This document shows positions 1 through 10,561 of a stretch of DNA of 64,000 nt, piece after piece; the first letter of the stretch is position 1, and every line of letters begins with the position of its first letter. The translations under genes and the position numbers were made by a program. The notes beneath the pieces are model-generated. The model saw only the letters and a program-made list of their open reading frames with translations. It was not told the DNA's origin and did not search any database. Source of the stretch: Solobacterium sp. UBA1761 (GTDB lineage Bacteria; Bacillota_I; Bacilli_A; Erysipelotrichales; Erysipelotrichaceae); NCBI GenBank assembly GCA_002315565.1, contig DCHD01000002.1:17116-81115 (forward strand), given 5' to 3'.

Positions 1-908
1 AATGTATCATCAGCAAGAGCCTGTTCTTTTGTAGGCATCTTAACCATGATGATATGGTAACCGTATGTTGAAGTGATTACTTCACTTGTTTCGTCGTAGT
101 TTAATGCTGCTACGCCATCTGCGAATTCAGCAACATATGTGCTTGCTGCTGTATCATCATTTAACACGCCAAGGTAACCGCCTTCACTTGCTGTACCATC
201 ATCTGAGTACTGTTTTGCAACTTCTTCAAAGTCCTGTGTCTTTAAAGCTTCAAGAACTGCATTCAGTTTAGCTTTTTCATCATCAGTTGGGTTTGCTGTA
301 TGAACAGTGTTGCCTGATTCATCAGTTGATTCAGTAACATCGGCAACTTTAACCAGAATGTGATAGATTGCTTTCTGATTGTTTTCTTCAATGTAAGAAG
401 GAGCATACTCTTCATAGTGTTCAGTGTAATACTCTCTTAACATCTTCAGGTTCTTCTGATAAGTGATGTAGTAAGTAGTAAGATCTGAGATACCGTTGTA
501 GTAGCCCATAGACTGAAGTGATGAAACCAATGTTGATTCACCCTGTGTCTGGATATAATAGTTTGCCATATTTGAAGCAACAGTCTGCATTTCAGATGTT
601 GTTTCATAATATGCATTCAATACAGCAGCCATGAATGCGTTGTATTCCATTGATACGCCACTTGTAGCGTAGAGATCTTCATAAAGATCATCTGCATAAT
701 AGCTGTCACCGTCAAGGTCATAGATTACATCCTTGCCGTCAACATTTTTAGAATCTACTGTTACAGGCAGTGAATCGACATAGTTTTTGGCATACATGCC
801 AATGAATACTACCAGAAGAATAGATACTAATAATACAAACCAATACTTCTTTAAGAAACTGTCGTTAGTCTCTTCTTTTTTCTTGGTTTCTTCTTTCTTA
901 GTGCTCAT
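1..908 (-). CDS. prsA: PrsA-like membrane-anchored peptidyl-prolyl isomerase (parvulin type); 3' end runs off the window
   Basis: Absent from the ORF track because it is open at the window edge. My translation from ATG 908-906 gives MSTKKEETKKKEETNDSFLKKYWFVLLVSILLVVFIGMYAKNY (TM anchor), then QKAIYHILVKVADV and TYGYHIIMVKMP parvulin motifs. SD GGAGGA lies at 917-922 (minus). Confidence 0.75.
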   Translation of the reverse strand, partial: MSTKKEETKKKEETNDSFLKKYWFVLLVSILLVVFIGMYAKNYVDSLPVTVDSKNVDGKDVIYDLDGDSYYADDLYEDLYATSGVSMEYNAFMAAVLNAYYETTSEMQTVASNMANYYIQTQGESTLVSSLQSMGYYNGISDLTTYYITYQKNLKMLREYYTEHYEEYAPSYIEENNQKAIYHILVKVADVTESTDESGNTVHTANPTDDEKAKLNAVLEALKTQDFEEVAKQYSDDGTASEGGYLGVLNDDTAASTYVAEFADGVAALNYDETSEVITSTYGYHIIMVKMPTKEQALADDT

Positions 909-1030
909 AAGAAAAATCCTCCATAAAACTTAATAATTATATAATGTTTTATTTAGTAAGACAATTTAACATTTACTTATTCACATAAAGTTCACAAGAG
1001 AACATATAACAAGATATTTAGTGTATTAGG

Positions 1031-1039
1031 TGTTATAAT
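1031..1039 (+). promoter_or_regulatory. Extended -10 promoter element for the suf operon
   Basis: TGtTATAAT, 18 nt upstream of the sufC ATG, with SD GGAGA in between. Confidence 0.5.
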
Positions 1040-1057
1040 CTTTTCGGAGAAAAACAT

Positions 1058-1885
1058 ATGGAAAAGATTCTTAAAATAAATGACCTGCACGTAAGTGTCG
1101 GTGATAAAGAAATATTAAAAGGTATCTCACTTACAGTTAAACCGGATGAAATTCATGCGATAATGGGCCCTAACGGAAACGGCAAATCTACACTTCTTAA
1201 GGCCATTATGGGACACCCTGCATATACAGTGACATCAGGAACAATTACCTTTGATGATGAAGATGTACTGGCTATGAGTGTCGATGAAAGAAGCAGAAAA
1301 GGTCTTTTTCTTGCAATGCAGTATCCAAAAGAGATTTCTGGTGTAACCAACTCTGATTTTTTAAGGGCTGCCATCAATGCCAGAAATGAAAAACCTATTT
1401 CACTTTTCAAGTTCATTAAAGAAATAGATAAAGGAATTAAAACGCTGAAGATGAAAGATGACCTCGCTCACCGTTTTGTGAATGACGGATTCTCCGGTGG
1501 CGAAATGAAGAGAAATGAGATTCTTCAGATGATGATGATCAAACCTGAACTGGCAATGCTTGATGAGATTGACTCAGGACTTGATGTTGATGCGATCAAG
1601 CTTGTAGCTGATGCAGCGCTTAAGCTCAAGGAAGAAACCAAACTTGGTCTTATGGTTGTTTCTCACTATGAAAGATTCTTCTCACTAATGAAGCCAACAC
1701 ACGCCCATGTTATCGTCGATGGAAAAATTGTTGTTGAAGGTGATGCAGAACTTGTTGAAAAGATCGATACAGACGGTTACGACTGGCTGTATGAAGAGTT
1801 GAAGATTAAACCTTTGAAAGAGGAAAGACCTATGGTTTATTCTCTTGGCACATGTGCAAGAAACAAGAGGAATGTCAATGAGTAG
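1058..1885 (+). CDS. sufC: Fe-S cluster assembly ATPase SufC
   Basis: Walker A GPNGNGKST, ABC signature FSGGEMKRNE, Walker B LAMLDEIDSGLD. First gene of a sufCDSUB cluster. SD GGAGA at 1046-1050. Confidence 0.93.
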   Translation: MEKILKINDLHVSVGDKEILKGISLTVKPDEIHAIMGPNGNGKSTLLKAIMGHPAYTVTSGTITFDDEDVLAMSVDERSRKGLFLAMQYPKEISGVTNSDFLRAAINARNEKPISLFKFIKEIDKGIKTLKMKDDLAHRFVNDGFSGGEMKRNEILQMMMIKPELAMLDEIDSGLDVDAIKLVADAALKLKEETKLGLMVVSHYERFFSLMKPTHAHVIVDGKIVVEGDAELVEKIDTDGYDWLYEELKIKPLKEERPMVYSLGTCARNKRNVNE

Positions 1886-2624
1886 ATCCATTACTCTTAA
1901 GGACAATAAAAATTATGTACTTGAAATAGACGGCAATGATACTGTCACTTTAATTGTGGATTCAGCAGAATGCAATATTGAATATGCAGCAAACAATGCT
2001 GATGCCAATGTGCTTGTCTATATTAAAAATGAAAAAGATACTGTACTGAATGAATCAGGTTCGATTGTCAATTCAAAACTTTGTATCAAATATATTGAAC
2101 TGGCCAACCACTGTTTTAAACAGAACACAAATATCGATGTATGTGATAATTCTATACTTGAAATCAGAACTATCTATCTTGGAATCAATGATAAAAAAGT
2201 AGATTTTGATCTGGTTAATAAAGGTGTTGATACTGAAGTAAACATCAGAAACAATGTTGTATGTCTTGATAAGGCTAAAGTGGTTCTGAATGTCATCGGT
2301 ACTATTGTTAAAGGTGCCAAAAGAGCAAAATGTCATCAGAAGAATCATTGTCTGACAGTTGATTCACCTGAGAAAGCTGTTGTGCTTCCTGTTTTGAAGA
2401 TAGATGAAAATGATGTCGAAGCATCTCACTCACTGTCTTCAGGAACCATTGATGAAGAAGTTATGTTCTATATGAATTCAAGAGGTCTTTCAAAGAAAGA
2501 AGCGCTTAATCTGATGGTGCTTTCATATCTTATGCCAAATGAAGAAGAGTTCAATGTTTTTGAAAACGGCAAAGAACTCTATGAACTATCATTAGGGAGA
2601 GTAAAAGAAGTATGTTCAATGTAG
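1878..2624 (+). CDS. sufD: Fe-S cluster assembly protein SufD (short form, ~248 aa)
   Basis: C-terminal SufB/D-family region (HSLSSGTIDEEVMFYMNSRGLSKKEA) and position between sufC and sufS. Start moved to ATG 1878, which has AAGAGG 7 nt upstream. The track start at 1845 lies well inside sufC. Confidence 0.8.
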   Translation: MSRSITLKDNKNYVLEIDGNDTVTLIVDSAECNIEYAANNADANVLVYIKNEKDTVLNESGSIVNSKLCIKYIELANHCFKQNTNIDVCDNSILEIRTIYLGINDKKVDFDLVNKGVDTEVNIRNNVVCLDKAKVVLNVIGTIVKGAKRAKCHQKNHCLTVDSPEKAVVLPVLKIDENDVEASHSLSSGTIDEEVMFYMNSRGLSKKEALNLMVLSYLMPNEEEFNVFENGKELYELSLGRVKEVCSM

Positions 2625-3835
2625 AAAAGATCAGAAACGACTTTCCGATGATTAAAAATGCTGGGTGCATTTATTTTGATAATTCTGCAACTTCATTCAA
2701 ACCGCAGTGTGTAATTGACAGAGTAAGTGAATATTATACAAATGAAAACTGTAATATTCACCGTGGTGATTATGATCTGTCTGTCAAAGTTTCAAAAGAA
2801 TATGACGACACAAGAAAAACCATTAAAAAGTTTATTAACTGCAGAGATAAGAATGAGATCGTGTTTACTCATGGTGCCACTTCTTCTTTGAACACTGTTG
2901 CCTATGGATATGGTCTAAGTCATCTTTCAAAGGGTGATGTAATTCTTACAAGCCAAGTAGAACATGCTTCAAATATTCTTCCTTGGTTCAGAGTATCTGA
3001 TCTGACAGAGGCAGAAATAAGATATATCCCGTTTGATGAAGATGCCAAGTTCAATCTTGAAAAGTATGAAGAATGTTTTAAAGATAGAAAAGTTAAAATA
3101 GTTTCTCTTACATATGTTTCAAATGTTATGGGTTATAAATATCCGATGAAGGATATTGTGCGTATTGCCCATAAATATGGTGCACTTGTCAATTGCGATG
3201 GAGCACAGGCTGTTCCTCATATGAAAGTTGATGTTGAAGATCTTGATGTGGATTTCCTTTCTTTTTCATCTCATAAAATGTGTGGTCCTGCCGGAATAGG
3301 CGTACTTTATGCAAAATACAAACTTTTACAGGATATGGATCCTGTATGGCTTGGAGGCGGTTCAAATGCCCGTTTCAAATCAGATAAAGAACTGATTCTG
3401 AAAGAATCACCTGATAAATTTGAATCAGGTTCACCTTGCATAGAAGGTGTTCTTGGACTTGATGTGGCAGCAAGGTATCTTATGGATATCGGTATGGAAA
3501 ATATAGAAGCTTATGAATCAGAACTTTCTGAATATCTTGTGCATAGACTTTCTGAATTAAAGAATGTCCATATCTATAACAGGAATACTGATACGGCAAT
3601 TGTATCCTTCAATGTCGATGGCATATTTGCCCAGGATACAGCATGTTATCTCAATGCCAACAAATTTGCGTTAAGAAGCGGAAATCACTGTGCCAAGCTT
3701 TTGATTGACCTGATTGGCACAAACGAATCAGTAAGAGCATCTCTTTATTTCTATAACACCAAAGAAGAAATAGACCGTTTTGTTGAATGTCTTAAGGATA
3801 TTACACTGGAAAAATGTATTGAGGCTGCAATATGA
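2612..3835 (+). CDS. sufS: Cysteine desulfurase SufS (class II aminotransferase V)
   Basis: PLP-lysine motif SSHKMCGP and catalytic-Cys motif RSGNHCA. Lies in the suf operon. Confidence 0.93.
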   Translation: MFNVEKIRNDFPMIKNAGCIYFDNSATSFKPQCVIDRVSEYYTNENCNIHRGDYDLSVKVSKEYDDTRKTIKKFINCRDKNEIVFTHGATSSLNTVAYGYGLSHLSKGDVILTSQVEHASNILPWFRVSDLTEAEIRYIPFDEDAKFNLEKYEECFKDRKVKIVSLTYVSNVMGYKYPMKDIVRIAHKYGALVNCDGAQAVPHMKVDVEDLDVDFLSFSSHKMCGPAGIGVLYAKYKLLQDMDPVWLGGGSNARFKSDKELILKESPDKFESGSPCIEGVLGLDVAARYLMDIGMENIEAYESELSEYLVHRLSELKNVHIYNRNTDTAIVSFNVDGIFAQDTACYLNANKFALRSGNHCAKLLIDLIGTNESVRASLYFYNTKEEIDRFVECLKDITLEKCIEAAI

Positions 3836-4263
3836 TGGACAAAGAATTCAAAAGAGAAATCATGATGGATCATTACACTCATCCAAGAAATAAAAGGGAA
3901 GTGAATGATGAAAATTATCTTAAGAAGCACAACGCATCTGACAGCTGTATCGACGATATAACTGTGTATATGCTTTTTGATGGGGATGTTGTTAAAGATG
4001 TTGCGTTTGATGGTGTAGGATGCACAATCTGTACGGCTTCAACTGATATCATTGCTGATCTTATCAAAGATAAAACCATTGAAGAAGCAAAAGAGATACT
4101 TCGTAACTATTACGCAATGGTTGATGAAGAAGAATACGATGAAGATATACTTGAAGAGGCAAATGCTTTTGATACGCTGTCAAAGCAGGCCAACAGAATA
4201 AAATGTGGAACAATCGGCATTCACGCAATGTCCGATATTATAAAACAGTATGAAGAACGATAA
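3832..4263 (+). CDS. sufU: Fe-S scaffold/sulfur acceptor SufU (IscU-like)
   Basis: Conserved Cys positions ([19 protein letters not shown]). ATGA overlap with the sufS stop. Confidence 0.9.
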   Translation: MMDKEFKREIMMDHYTHPRNKREVNDENYLKKHNASDSCIDDITVYMLFDGDVVKDVAFDGVGCTICTASTDIIADLIKDKTIEEAKEILRNYYAMVDEEEYDEDILEEANAFDTLSKQANRIKCGTIGIHAMSDIIKQYEER

Positions 4264-5653
4264 GATTTTAGAGTCTCAGGACGATTACAAATACGACTTC
4301 AAAGATGAAGACGTCACAATATACAACACCGGTAAAGGCCTTACAGAAGATGTAGTCAGAGCCATTTCCAAAGCCAAAGATGAACCTGATTGGATGCTGG
4401 ATATAAGACTTAAGGCATATCACAAGTTTGTAGAGATGTCTTTGCCATCTTTTGGTCCGGATTTAAGTGAAATTAATTTCAATGATTTTACTTATTTTAA
4501 ACGTCCAAGTACTGCTGTTGAGTCCAAATGGGACAAAGTGCCTGAGACCATTAAAAATACATTTGAGAAGCTGAAGATTCCTGAGAGTGAGCAGAAGTTT
4601 CTGGCTGGAGTATCAACCCAGTATGAATCTGAAGTTGTGTATCATAATATGCTCAAGGAAGTTGAAGAAAAGGGTGTTCTTTTCTATGACACCGATACAG
4701 CATTGAAGAAGTGTCCGGAAATTGTTAAAGAATATTTCGGGAAGATTGTTAGTTATGCCGACAACAAGTTTGCCGCACTTAATACAGCAGTCTGGTCAGG
4801 CGGTTCGTTTATCTATGTACCAAAAGGGGTAAAACTGGAAAAACCTTTACAGTCTTATTTCCGTATAAATTCTGAACTTATGGGTCAGTTTGAAAGAACG
4901 CTAATTATCTGTGATGATGATTCTGATCTTCATTATGTTGAAGGATGTACTGCTCCTAAATATTCAAATGATTCGTTGCATGCTGCAGTTGTTGAAATCT
5001 TTGTCAAGAAGAATGCAAAGTGCAGATATTCCACTGTACAGAACTGGTCACCTAACATCATCAATCTTGTTACCAAGAGAACTCTGGTTGAAGAAAACGG
5101 AGTCATGGAATGGATTGACGGTAATGTCGGCTCACATCTCAATATGAAATATCCTGCCTGTGTACTTGCTGGAAAAGGTGCAAAAGGTGTCTGTATTTCA
5201 ATTGCAGTAGCATCTAATTCACAGTTCCAGGATGCCGGAGCAAAGATGATACATCTTGCACCTGATACATCAAGTACGATTATTTCCAAGTCTCTTTCAA
5301 GACGTGGCGGTAAAGTAAACTACAGAGGTCTTGTATCTATCGGACCAAAGGCTTTTAATTCAAGGGCCAAAGTTGAATGCGATACACTCATTCTTGACGA
5401 TATTTCTTCAAGTGATACTATTCCTACAAATATCGTTTCCAACAATACTTCAACCATTGAACATGAAGCTACTGTCTCAAAGATTTCTGAAGAACAGCTT
5501 TTCTATCTGATGTCGAGAGGCTTAAGTGAAGAAGAAGCTACACAGATGATTATCCTGGGCTTTATTGAGCCGTTCACAAGAGAACTGCCAATGGAATATG
5601 CTGTTGAACTTAATCAGCTGTTGAAGATCAATATGGAAGGTTCAATCGGCTAA
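4250..5653 (+). CDS. sufB: Fe-S cluster assembly scaffold SufB
   Basis: Full-length SufB-like sequence ([44 protein letters not shown]). Confidence 0.95.
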   Translation: MKNDKILESQDDYKYDFKDEDVTIYNTGKGLTEDVVRAISKAKDEPDWMLDIRLKAYHKFVEMSLPSFGPDLSEINFNDFTYFKRPSTAVESKWDKVPETIKNTFEKLKIPESEQKFLAGVSTQYESEVVYHNMLKEVEEKGVLFYDTDTALKKCPEIVKEYFGKIVSYADNKFAALNTAVWSGGSFIYVPKGVKLEKPLQSYFRINSELMGQFERTLIICDDDSDLHYVEGCTAPKYSNDSLHAAVVEIFVKKNAKCRYSTVQNWSPNIINLVTKRTLVEENGVMEWIDGNVGSHLNMKYPACVLAGKGAKGVCISIAVASNSQFQDAGAKMIHLAPDTSSTIISKSLSRRGGKVNYRGLVSIGPKAFNSRAKVECDTLILDDISSSDTIPTNIVSNNTSTIEHEATVSKISEEQLFYLMSRGLSEEEATQMIILGFIEPFTRELPMEYAVELNQLLKINMEGSIG

Positions 5654-6126
5654 TGAGAATTGCCACATTAAAAACCGATGAAACTGATGAGCTGGCAAAA
5701 CTTGCCAAAACAATATGGCATGAATGTTTTGTGGACATTATATCGTATGAACAGATTGAATATATGACCGATATGTTTCTGTCTACTGATGCGATAAAAG
5801 AAAACATCAGGAAGGGTTATCTCTACAGAATTGTCTATGAAAAAGAAAAAATGATCGGTTTTACAGCTTCGGTAAATGAATCTGAAAGAACATTTCTTTC
5901 AAAACTGTATCTGTTAAAGGAATATAGAGGTAAGGGTTATGGAAGAAAGCTGATTGAAGATGTTCATGAGAATATGAAGCTTGAGCGTATGTATCTTACT
6001 GTAAACAAACACAACAAGGCATATGATATGTATCTTCATCTTGGCTTTGAAGTAATTGATTCTGTAATAACCGACATCGGAAACAATATGGTTATGGATG
6101 ACTATGTTATGGAGAAAAAGTTTTAA
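5653..6126 (+). CDS. GNAT family N-acetyltransferase
   Basis: Acetyl-CoA pocket motif LLKEYRGKGYGRKLIE. Its start overlaps the sufB stop (TAATG). An intrinsic terminator follows. Confidence 0.8.
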   Translation: MRIATLKTDETDELAKLAKTIWHECFVDIISYEQIEYMTDMFLSTDAIKENIRKGYLYRIVYEKEKMIGFTASVNESERTFLSKLYLLKEYRGKGYGRKLIEDVHENMKLERMYLTVNKHNKAYDMYLHLGFEVIDSVITDIGNNMVMDDYVMEKKF

Positions 6127-6153
6127 AAGATAAGTTTATGACTTATCTTTTTT
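6127..6153 (+). terminator. Intrinsic terminator after the suf-GNAT unit
   Basis: AAGATAAGT-TTATG-ACTTATCTT followed by a T-run. Confidence 0.8.
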
Positions 6154-6155
6154 AG

Positions 6156-6161
6156 TAAAAT
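6156..6161 (+). promoter_or_regulatory. -10 box (TAAAAT) placed 6 nt before the priA ATG; candidate leaderless promoter
   Basis: TAAAAT-ATTGTT-ATG directly after a terminator. No SD. Confidence 0.45.
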
Positions 6162-6167
6162 ATTGTT

Positions 6168-8324
6168 ATGTATCTTTATGAAGTTTATGTCACCAATGAA
6201 TCACTTAATGTAAATCAGTCGTTTTCTTATTATCATCTTGATAAGTTTGAATTATATACAAGAGTGAAAGTTAAATTTCATAACAGCGATAATGTTGCGA
6301 TTATTGTTGAACGTAAATTTACAGATAAGACTGCACTGGAATTAAGCAGTGAGTTTGGATATACAATTCTAGAGATAAAGGAATGCATAGATGAAAAACC
6401 CGTATTGAATGCTGAGCTTTTTGAATTGGCCAAATGGCTTTCCAAGACCACTGTTTCTCCACTTATCAGCTGCATCAATACACTGCTTCCCAAGGCTTTA
6501 AGAACCTCAAAAAACATCAAAGGTCCTAAGATGTGTGAATATGTTCATCTTACTGGAAACAATGCTGAATTAAGCGAAAAACAGGCCAATCTTTTAGATC
6601 AGCTATTTGAAGGCATGGAAGCCAGTGCTGCAAGAAAGATATCTGTCTCTCTTTTCAATAAACTGATTGAGAAAAAAGCAGTAGAAGTCATAAGAAAAGA
6701 ATATGAATACAAGAACAATGTGATTGATAAGACGGCATTTAAAACACTTACAGATGAACAGCTTGATGCCTATAACTCATTTGTGGAAACTGATAAGATG
6801 GTTTCACTTCTTTATGGAGTAACAGGTTCAGGAAAGACCGAAGTCTATCTGCATCTTGCCAGATATTATCTTGCACAGGGAAAAGAAGTATTGATTCTGG
6901 TACCTGAAATATCTCTTACTCCGCAGATGATTCAAAGAGTAAAAGAAAGATTTGAGGATGTAATATTCTATCATTCAGAACTCAGTGATCAGGAAAGATA
7001 TGAACAGTATCACCGTGTACTTGAAGGAAAGGTTAAGATAGTTGTCGGAACAAGATCGAGTGTCTTCCTTCCTTTTAGTAATCTGGGACTTGTAATTATT
7101 GACGAAGAACACGACTCTTCCTATAAACAGGACTCAAGTCCATGTTATTCAGCAAGAAACGTGGCAATAAGAAGAGCTTATGACTTTCATGCGAAAGTGC
7201 TTCTAGCAAGTGCTACACCATCACTTGATTCCTATACCAGAGCTTTAAAGGGTGAATTCAACCTGATGAAGCTTAAAAACCGTATAAATCTGAAGATGCC
7301 GGATATCGAGATTGTCTCACTTGCTGATGAAATCAAGTCAAGAGGTTCCTATATCATCTCAAGAAGACTCTTAAGTGAACTTAAACAAACCGTTTCAAAT
7401 CATAAACAGGCTATCATTCTGCTTAACAGAAGAGGGTATTCACCGATTGTCAAATGTACTTCATGTTCTAAAACGTTGATGTGTAATGACTGTGATGTTC
7501 CGCTCAACTATCACAAAGACAGCGGTTTACTGGTTTGTCATGCCTGCTCTAAGGCTTATAAAAAGATTGATATCTGTCCATATTGCGGTAAAAAGACATT
7601 GATGCAGTATGGTTTCGGTACGGAAAGAGTAGAAGAAGAAATACATAAACTCATTCCTGAAGTCAGAACGCTCAGAATGGACAGAGATACTACATCAAGA
7701 AAAGGTACACATAAGGCAATACTGGATGCTTTCGGAGAAAAGAAAGCTGATATTCTTATCGGTACACAGATGATTTCGAAAGGACTTGATTATCCTGATG
7801 TTACTCTTGTTGGAATACTGAACGGCGATGCCGGACTTATGCATCAGGATTATAATTCCAGCAAGCTGACATTTGACCTTCTGATGCAGGCAAGCGGAAG
7901 ATCAGGAAGAGCTGATTCACCAGGTAAAGTAATTATTCAGGCTTATGATACTGAACACTATGCAATAAAAGCGGTACTTAAACAGGATTATGAATACTTT
8001 TTCAACATTGAGATGTCATATCGAGAAAAAGCCAAATATCCGCCATATTCCCATATAATTGCCGTTTATCTCAGTGATACCGACAGAAGCCGAATCAGTG
8101 AGTCAAGTGATTATCTTAAAGAAGAATTAAGAAAATCTGATTATAAGGTTCTTAATCCTTTAGAATTAAATAGGATACAGTCTTTGTTCCGTATCAGAAT
8201 CATGCTTTTTTGTCCATCGCTTAAAGAAGGACTTGATACCGTTAATTCTGCAGTTGAAAAATATATTAAAAGGAAGGTCAGATCCAACATTAAAGTTGAT
8301 GTAGACCCATTGTATCTTGAATGA
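6168..8324 (+). CDS. priA: Primosomal replication-restart helicase PriA
   Basis: Walker A GVTGSGKTEVY, DEEHD box, Cys-rich zinc-binding region (CTSCSKTLMCNDCD, CHAC, CPYCG). Confidence 0.95.
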   Translation: MYLYEVYVTNESLNVNQSFSYYHLDKFELYTRVKVKFHNSDNVAIIVERKFTDKTALELSSEFGYTILEIKECIDEKPVLNAELFELAKWLSKTTVSPLISCINTLLPKALRTSKNIKGPKMCEYVHLTGNNAELSEKQANLLDQLFEGMEASAARKISVSLFNKLIEKKAVEVIRKEYEYKNNVIDKTAFKTLTDEQLDAYNSFVETDKMVSLLYGVTGSGKTEVYLHLARYYLAQGKEVLILVPEISLTPQMIQRVKERFEDVIFYHSELSDQERYEQYHRVLEGKVKIVVGTRSSVFLPFSNLGLVIIDEEHDSSYKQDSSPCYSARNVAIRRAYDFHAKVLLASATPSLDSYTRALKGEFNLMKLKNRINLKMPDIEIVSLADEIKSRGSYIISRRLLSELKQTVSNHKQAIILLNRRGYSPIVKCTSCSKTLMCNDCDVPLNYHKDSGLLVCHACSKAYKKIDICPYCGKKTLMQYGFGTERVEEEIHKLIPEVRTLRMDRDTTSRKGTHKAILDAFGEKKADILIGTQMISKGLDYPDVTLVGILNGDAGLMHQDYNSSKLTFDLLMQASGRSGRADSPGKVIIQAYDTEHYAIKAVLKQDYEYFFNIEMSYREKAKYPPYSHIIAVYLSDTDRSRISESSDYLKEELRKSDYKVLNPLELNRIQSLFRIRIMLFCPSLKEGLDTVNSAVEKYIKRKVRSNIKVDVDPLYLE

Positions 8325-9523
8325 TAAACACCAGAGAGATAGCTTTAGAAATTCTGAATAAAACCATCAGTGACGAAGCATACGCCAATCTTTTGATGCG
8401 TACTGAACTGAATAAAATACCACCAATCAACAGACCTTTTGTTTCGGAAATGGTATATGGAGTATTAAGAAATTACTATCTTCTTGAATACCAGGTTAAA
8501 GATGAAATAAACGAGAAGACAAAACTGAATCTGAAACTTCTGATACTGATGGCTCTTTATGAGAAGTATTTCCTTAAAACAAAAGAATATGCACTGGTGA
8601 ATGAATATGTTGAACTTGCCGGAAACAGATATGACAAGTCATTTGTAAATGCCGTATTAAGAAATACAAAAGAACTTACATATGCAGAAGGTGATAATGC
8701 GCTTTCTATAAACAGTTCGCTTCCTTTGTGGATTGCAAGACTTTTGAGCAAGCAGTACGATGAAGAAAAACTAAATCAGATACTCGAGGTATATTCATCA
8801 AAAGCAAAAACCTATTACCGCATCAATCACAGAAAATGCGGTATTAATGACCTCAATAAACCGGGAATAAACAGAATAAATGATGATTTCTTTACATCAG
8901 ATGTTCCTTTACTTAATACTTTAGAATTCAGAAAGGGAATGTTCTATGTGCAGGATATTAATTCTGCGTGTATTACTGATAATCTTGAACTGAACAATGA
9001 TTCATTATTCCTGGACATGTGTTCTGCACCCGGTTCAAAACTTTTCAATGTGCTTGAAAAGGTGAAAGAAGAAAACTGTTATGCAAATGATCTTCATTCT
9101 CACAGAGTGGAACTGATCAAGAAAAGAGCAAACCAGTTAGGATACAGTAAGGTTCATTATTTCAACTGCGATGCGACAAAACTTCCTGAAACTACTGATA
9201 AAAGGTTTGACAGAATACTGCTTGATGCCCCTTGTTCAGGCTTGGGCGTTATTTCAAGAAGACCGGATATTAAATTTCATATCAGACCTGAGTCTTTGGA
9301 TGAACTTGAAAAACTTCAGCACGATCTGCTGGAAAGTGCCTATCTTCTTTTGAAAGATAAAGGCATTATGGTTTATTCTACCTGCACTGTTAACCGAAAA
9401 GAAAACGATAAACAGATTGCTCACTTTATTTCTTCACATCCTGATATGAAACTTATGAAAGAAGAAACAGTAATTAAAAAGGGTGGAGATCTCTTCTATT
9501 TTGCTAAAATGATTAAGGAATAG
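8321..9523 (+). CDS. rsmB: 16S rRNA m5C967 methyltransferase RsmB (Sun)
   Basis: N-terminal NusB-like domain. SAM motif DMCSAPGSK and catalytic Cys motifs DAPCSGLG and YSTCT. Confidence 0.9.
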   Translation: MINTREIALEILNKTISDEAYANLLMRTELNKIPPINRPFVSEMVYGVLRNYYLLEYQVKDEINEKTKLNLKLLILMALYEKYFLKTKEYALVNEYVELAGNRYDKSFVNAVLRNTKELTYAEGDNALSINSSLPLWIARLLSKQYDEEKLNQILEVYSSKAKTYYRINHRKCGINDLNKPGINRINDDFFTSDVPLLNTLEFRKGMFYVQDINSACITDNLELNNDSLFLDMCSAPGSKLFNVLEKVKEENCYANDLHSHRVELIKKRANQLGYSKVHYFNCDATKLPETTDKRFDRILLDAPCSGLGVISRRPDIKFHIRPESLDELEKLQHDLLESAYLLLKDKGIMVYSTCTVNRKENDKQIAHFISSHPDMKLMKEETVIKKGGDLFYFAKMIKE

Positions 9524-9526
9524 TAT

Positions 9527-10561
9527 ATGCGTCTTATTTATGATTTGAATCTTAAAGATCTTGAAGACTACCTGGTTGACAAAGGATTGAAACCTTTCAG
9601 AGCCAAGCAGATTTTCAAGTGGCTATACGAGAAAAATATCTCATCTTTTTCTGAGATGACCGATATCTCTAAAGATCTGATTGCGACATTTAATGAAGAT
9701 TTCTATATAGATGGGCTGATCATCAAGGACAGACAGACAAGTAAGGACGGTACTATCAAGTTTTTGTTTGAACTTAAAGACGGTAACTTTGTTGAATCGG
9801 TACTGATGGTATTTGACTATGGTTTTTCTGCCTGCTTGAGTACGCAGGTCGGCTGTAATATGGGCTGTACTTTCTGTGCATCAGGATTGCTTAAAAAGCA
9901 GCGTAATCTTGAACCTGGTGAGATTGTTTTACAGGCTCTTACAATTCAGAAAGTTCTTAACGAAAGAAACGAAAGACTCGGCAATATTGTTCTGATGGGA
10001 ACTGGTGAACCTTTTGACAATTACGACAATGTAATGAAAGCTTTAAGTATCATTAATTCTCCATACGGACTGGCAATAGGACAAAGACATATTTCCATTT
10101 CAACATGTGGTGTCGTTCCGATGATCAAAAGATTTGCCAAAGAGAATGTACAGTACAATCTGGCAATATCGCTTCATGCGTCAAATAACGAATTAAGAAG
10201 CAGACTTATGCCCATCAATAACGCCTATCCTCTTGAAGTTCTGTTTGAAGCTCTTCATGAATATGTCGGCAGCAATAACAGACGCATAACTTTTGAATAC
10301 CTTCTTTTAAGAGACATCAATGACTCTATAGAAGACGCCAGAAACATAAAGAAACTTTTAAAGGGTCTTGATGCCTACATCAATCTGATTCCTTACAATT
10401 CAGTTGAAGAAAATGACTATGAAACCAGTTCTGATGAGAATGCGTTAAGATTCTATGACATACTCAAAAAACTGAATGTTGCTGTTACACTCAGACAGAA
10501 ACGAGGAACCGATATTGATGCGGCATGCGGACAACTTCGTGCAAAGGCTATGAAAAAATGA
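9527..10561 (+). CDS. rlmN: 23S rRNA/tRNA A2503 C2-methyltransferase RlmN (radical SAM)
   Basis: CNMGCTFCASG radical-SAM cluster motif. C-terminal DIDAACGQL motif. Confidence 0.93.
   Translation: MRLIYDLNLKDLEDYLVDKGLKPFRAKQIFKWLYEKNISSFSEMTDISKDLIATFNEDFYIDGLIIKDRQTSKDGTIKFLFELKDGNFVESVLMVFDYGFSACLSTQVGCNMGCTFCASGLLKKQRNLEPGEIVLQALTIQKVLNERNERLGNIVLMGTGEPFDNYDNVMKALSIINSPYGLAIGQRHISISTCGVVPMIKRFAKENVQYNLAISLHASNNELRSRLMPINNAYPLEVLFEALHEYVGSNNRRITFEYLLLRDINDSIEDARNIKKLLKGLDAYINLIPYNSVEENDYETSSDENALRFYDILKKLNVAVTLRQKRGTDIDAACGQLRAKAMKK

Noticed and set aside
86-271. 61-aa plus-strand ORF at the window start
   Set aside because: It lies antisense within the prsA-like gene, which is supported by TM-anchor and parvulin motifs. 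Its product is His/Leu-rich and looks like an artefact.
4911-5289. Internal out-of-frame ORFs inside conserved genes (for example 4911-5147 plus, 9171-9353, 16058-16249, 23281-23469, 35108-35317, 46478-46666)
   Set aside because: They are embedded in alternative frames of well-supported genes, are short (60-80 aa), and have no independent translation signals or recognisable motifs.
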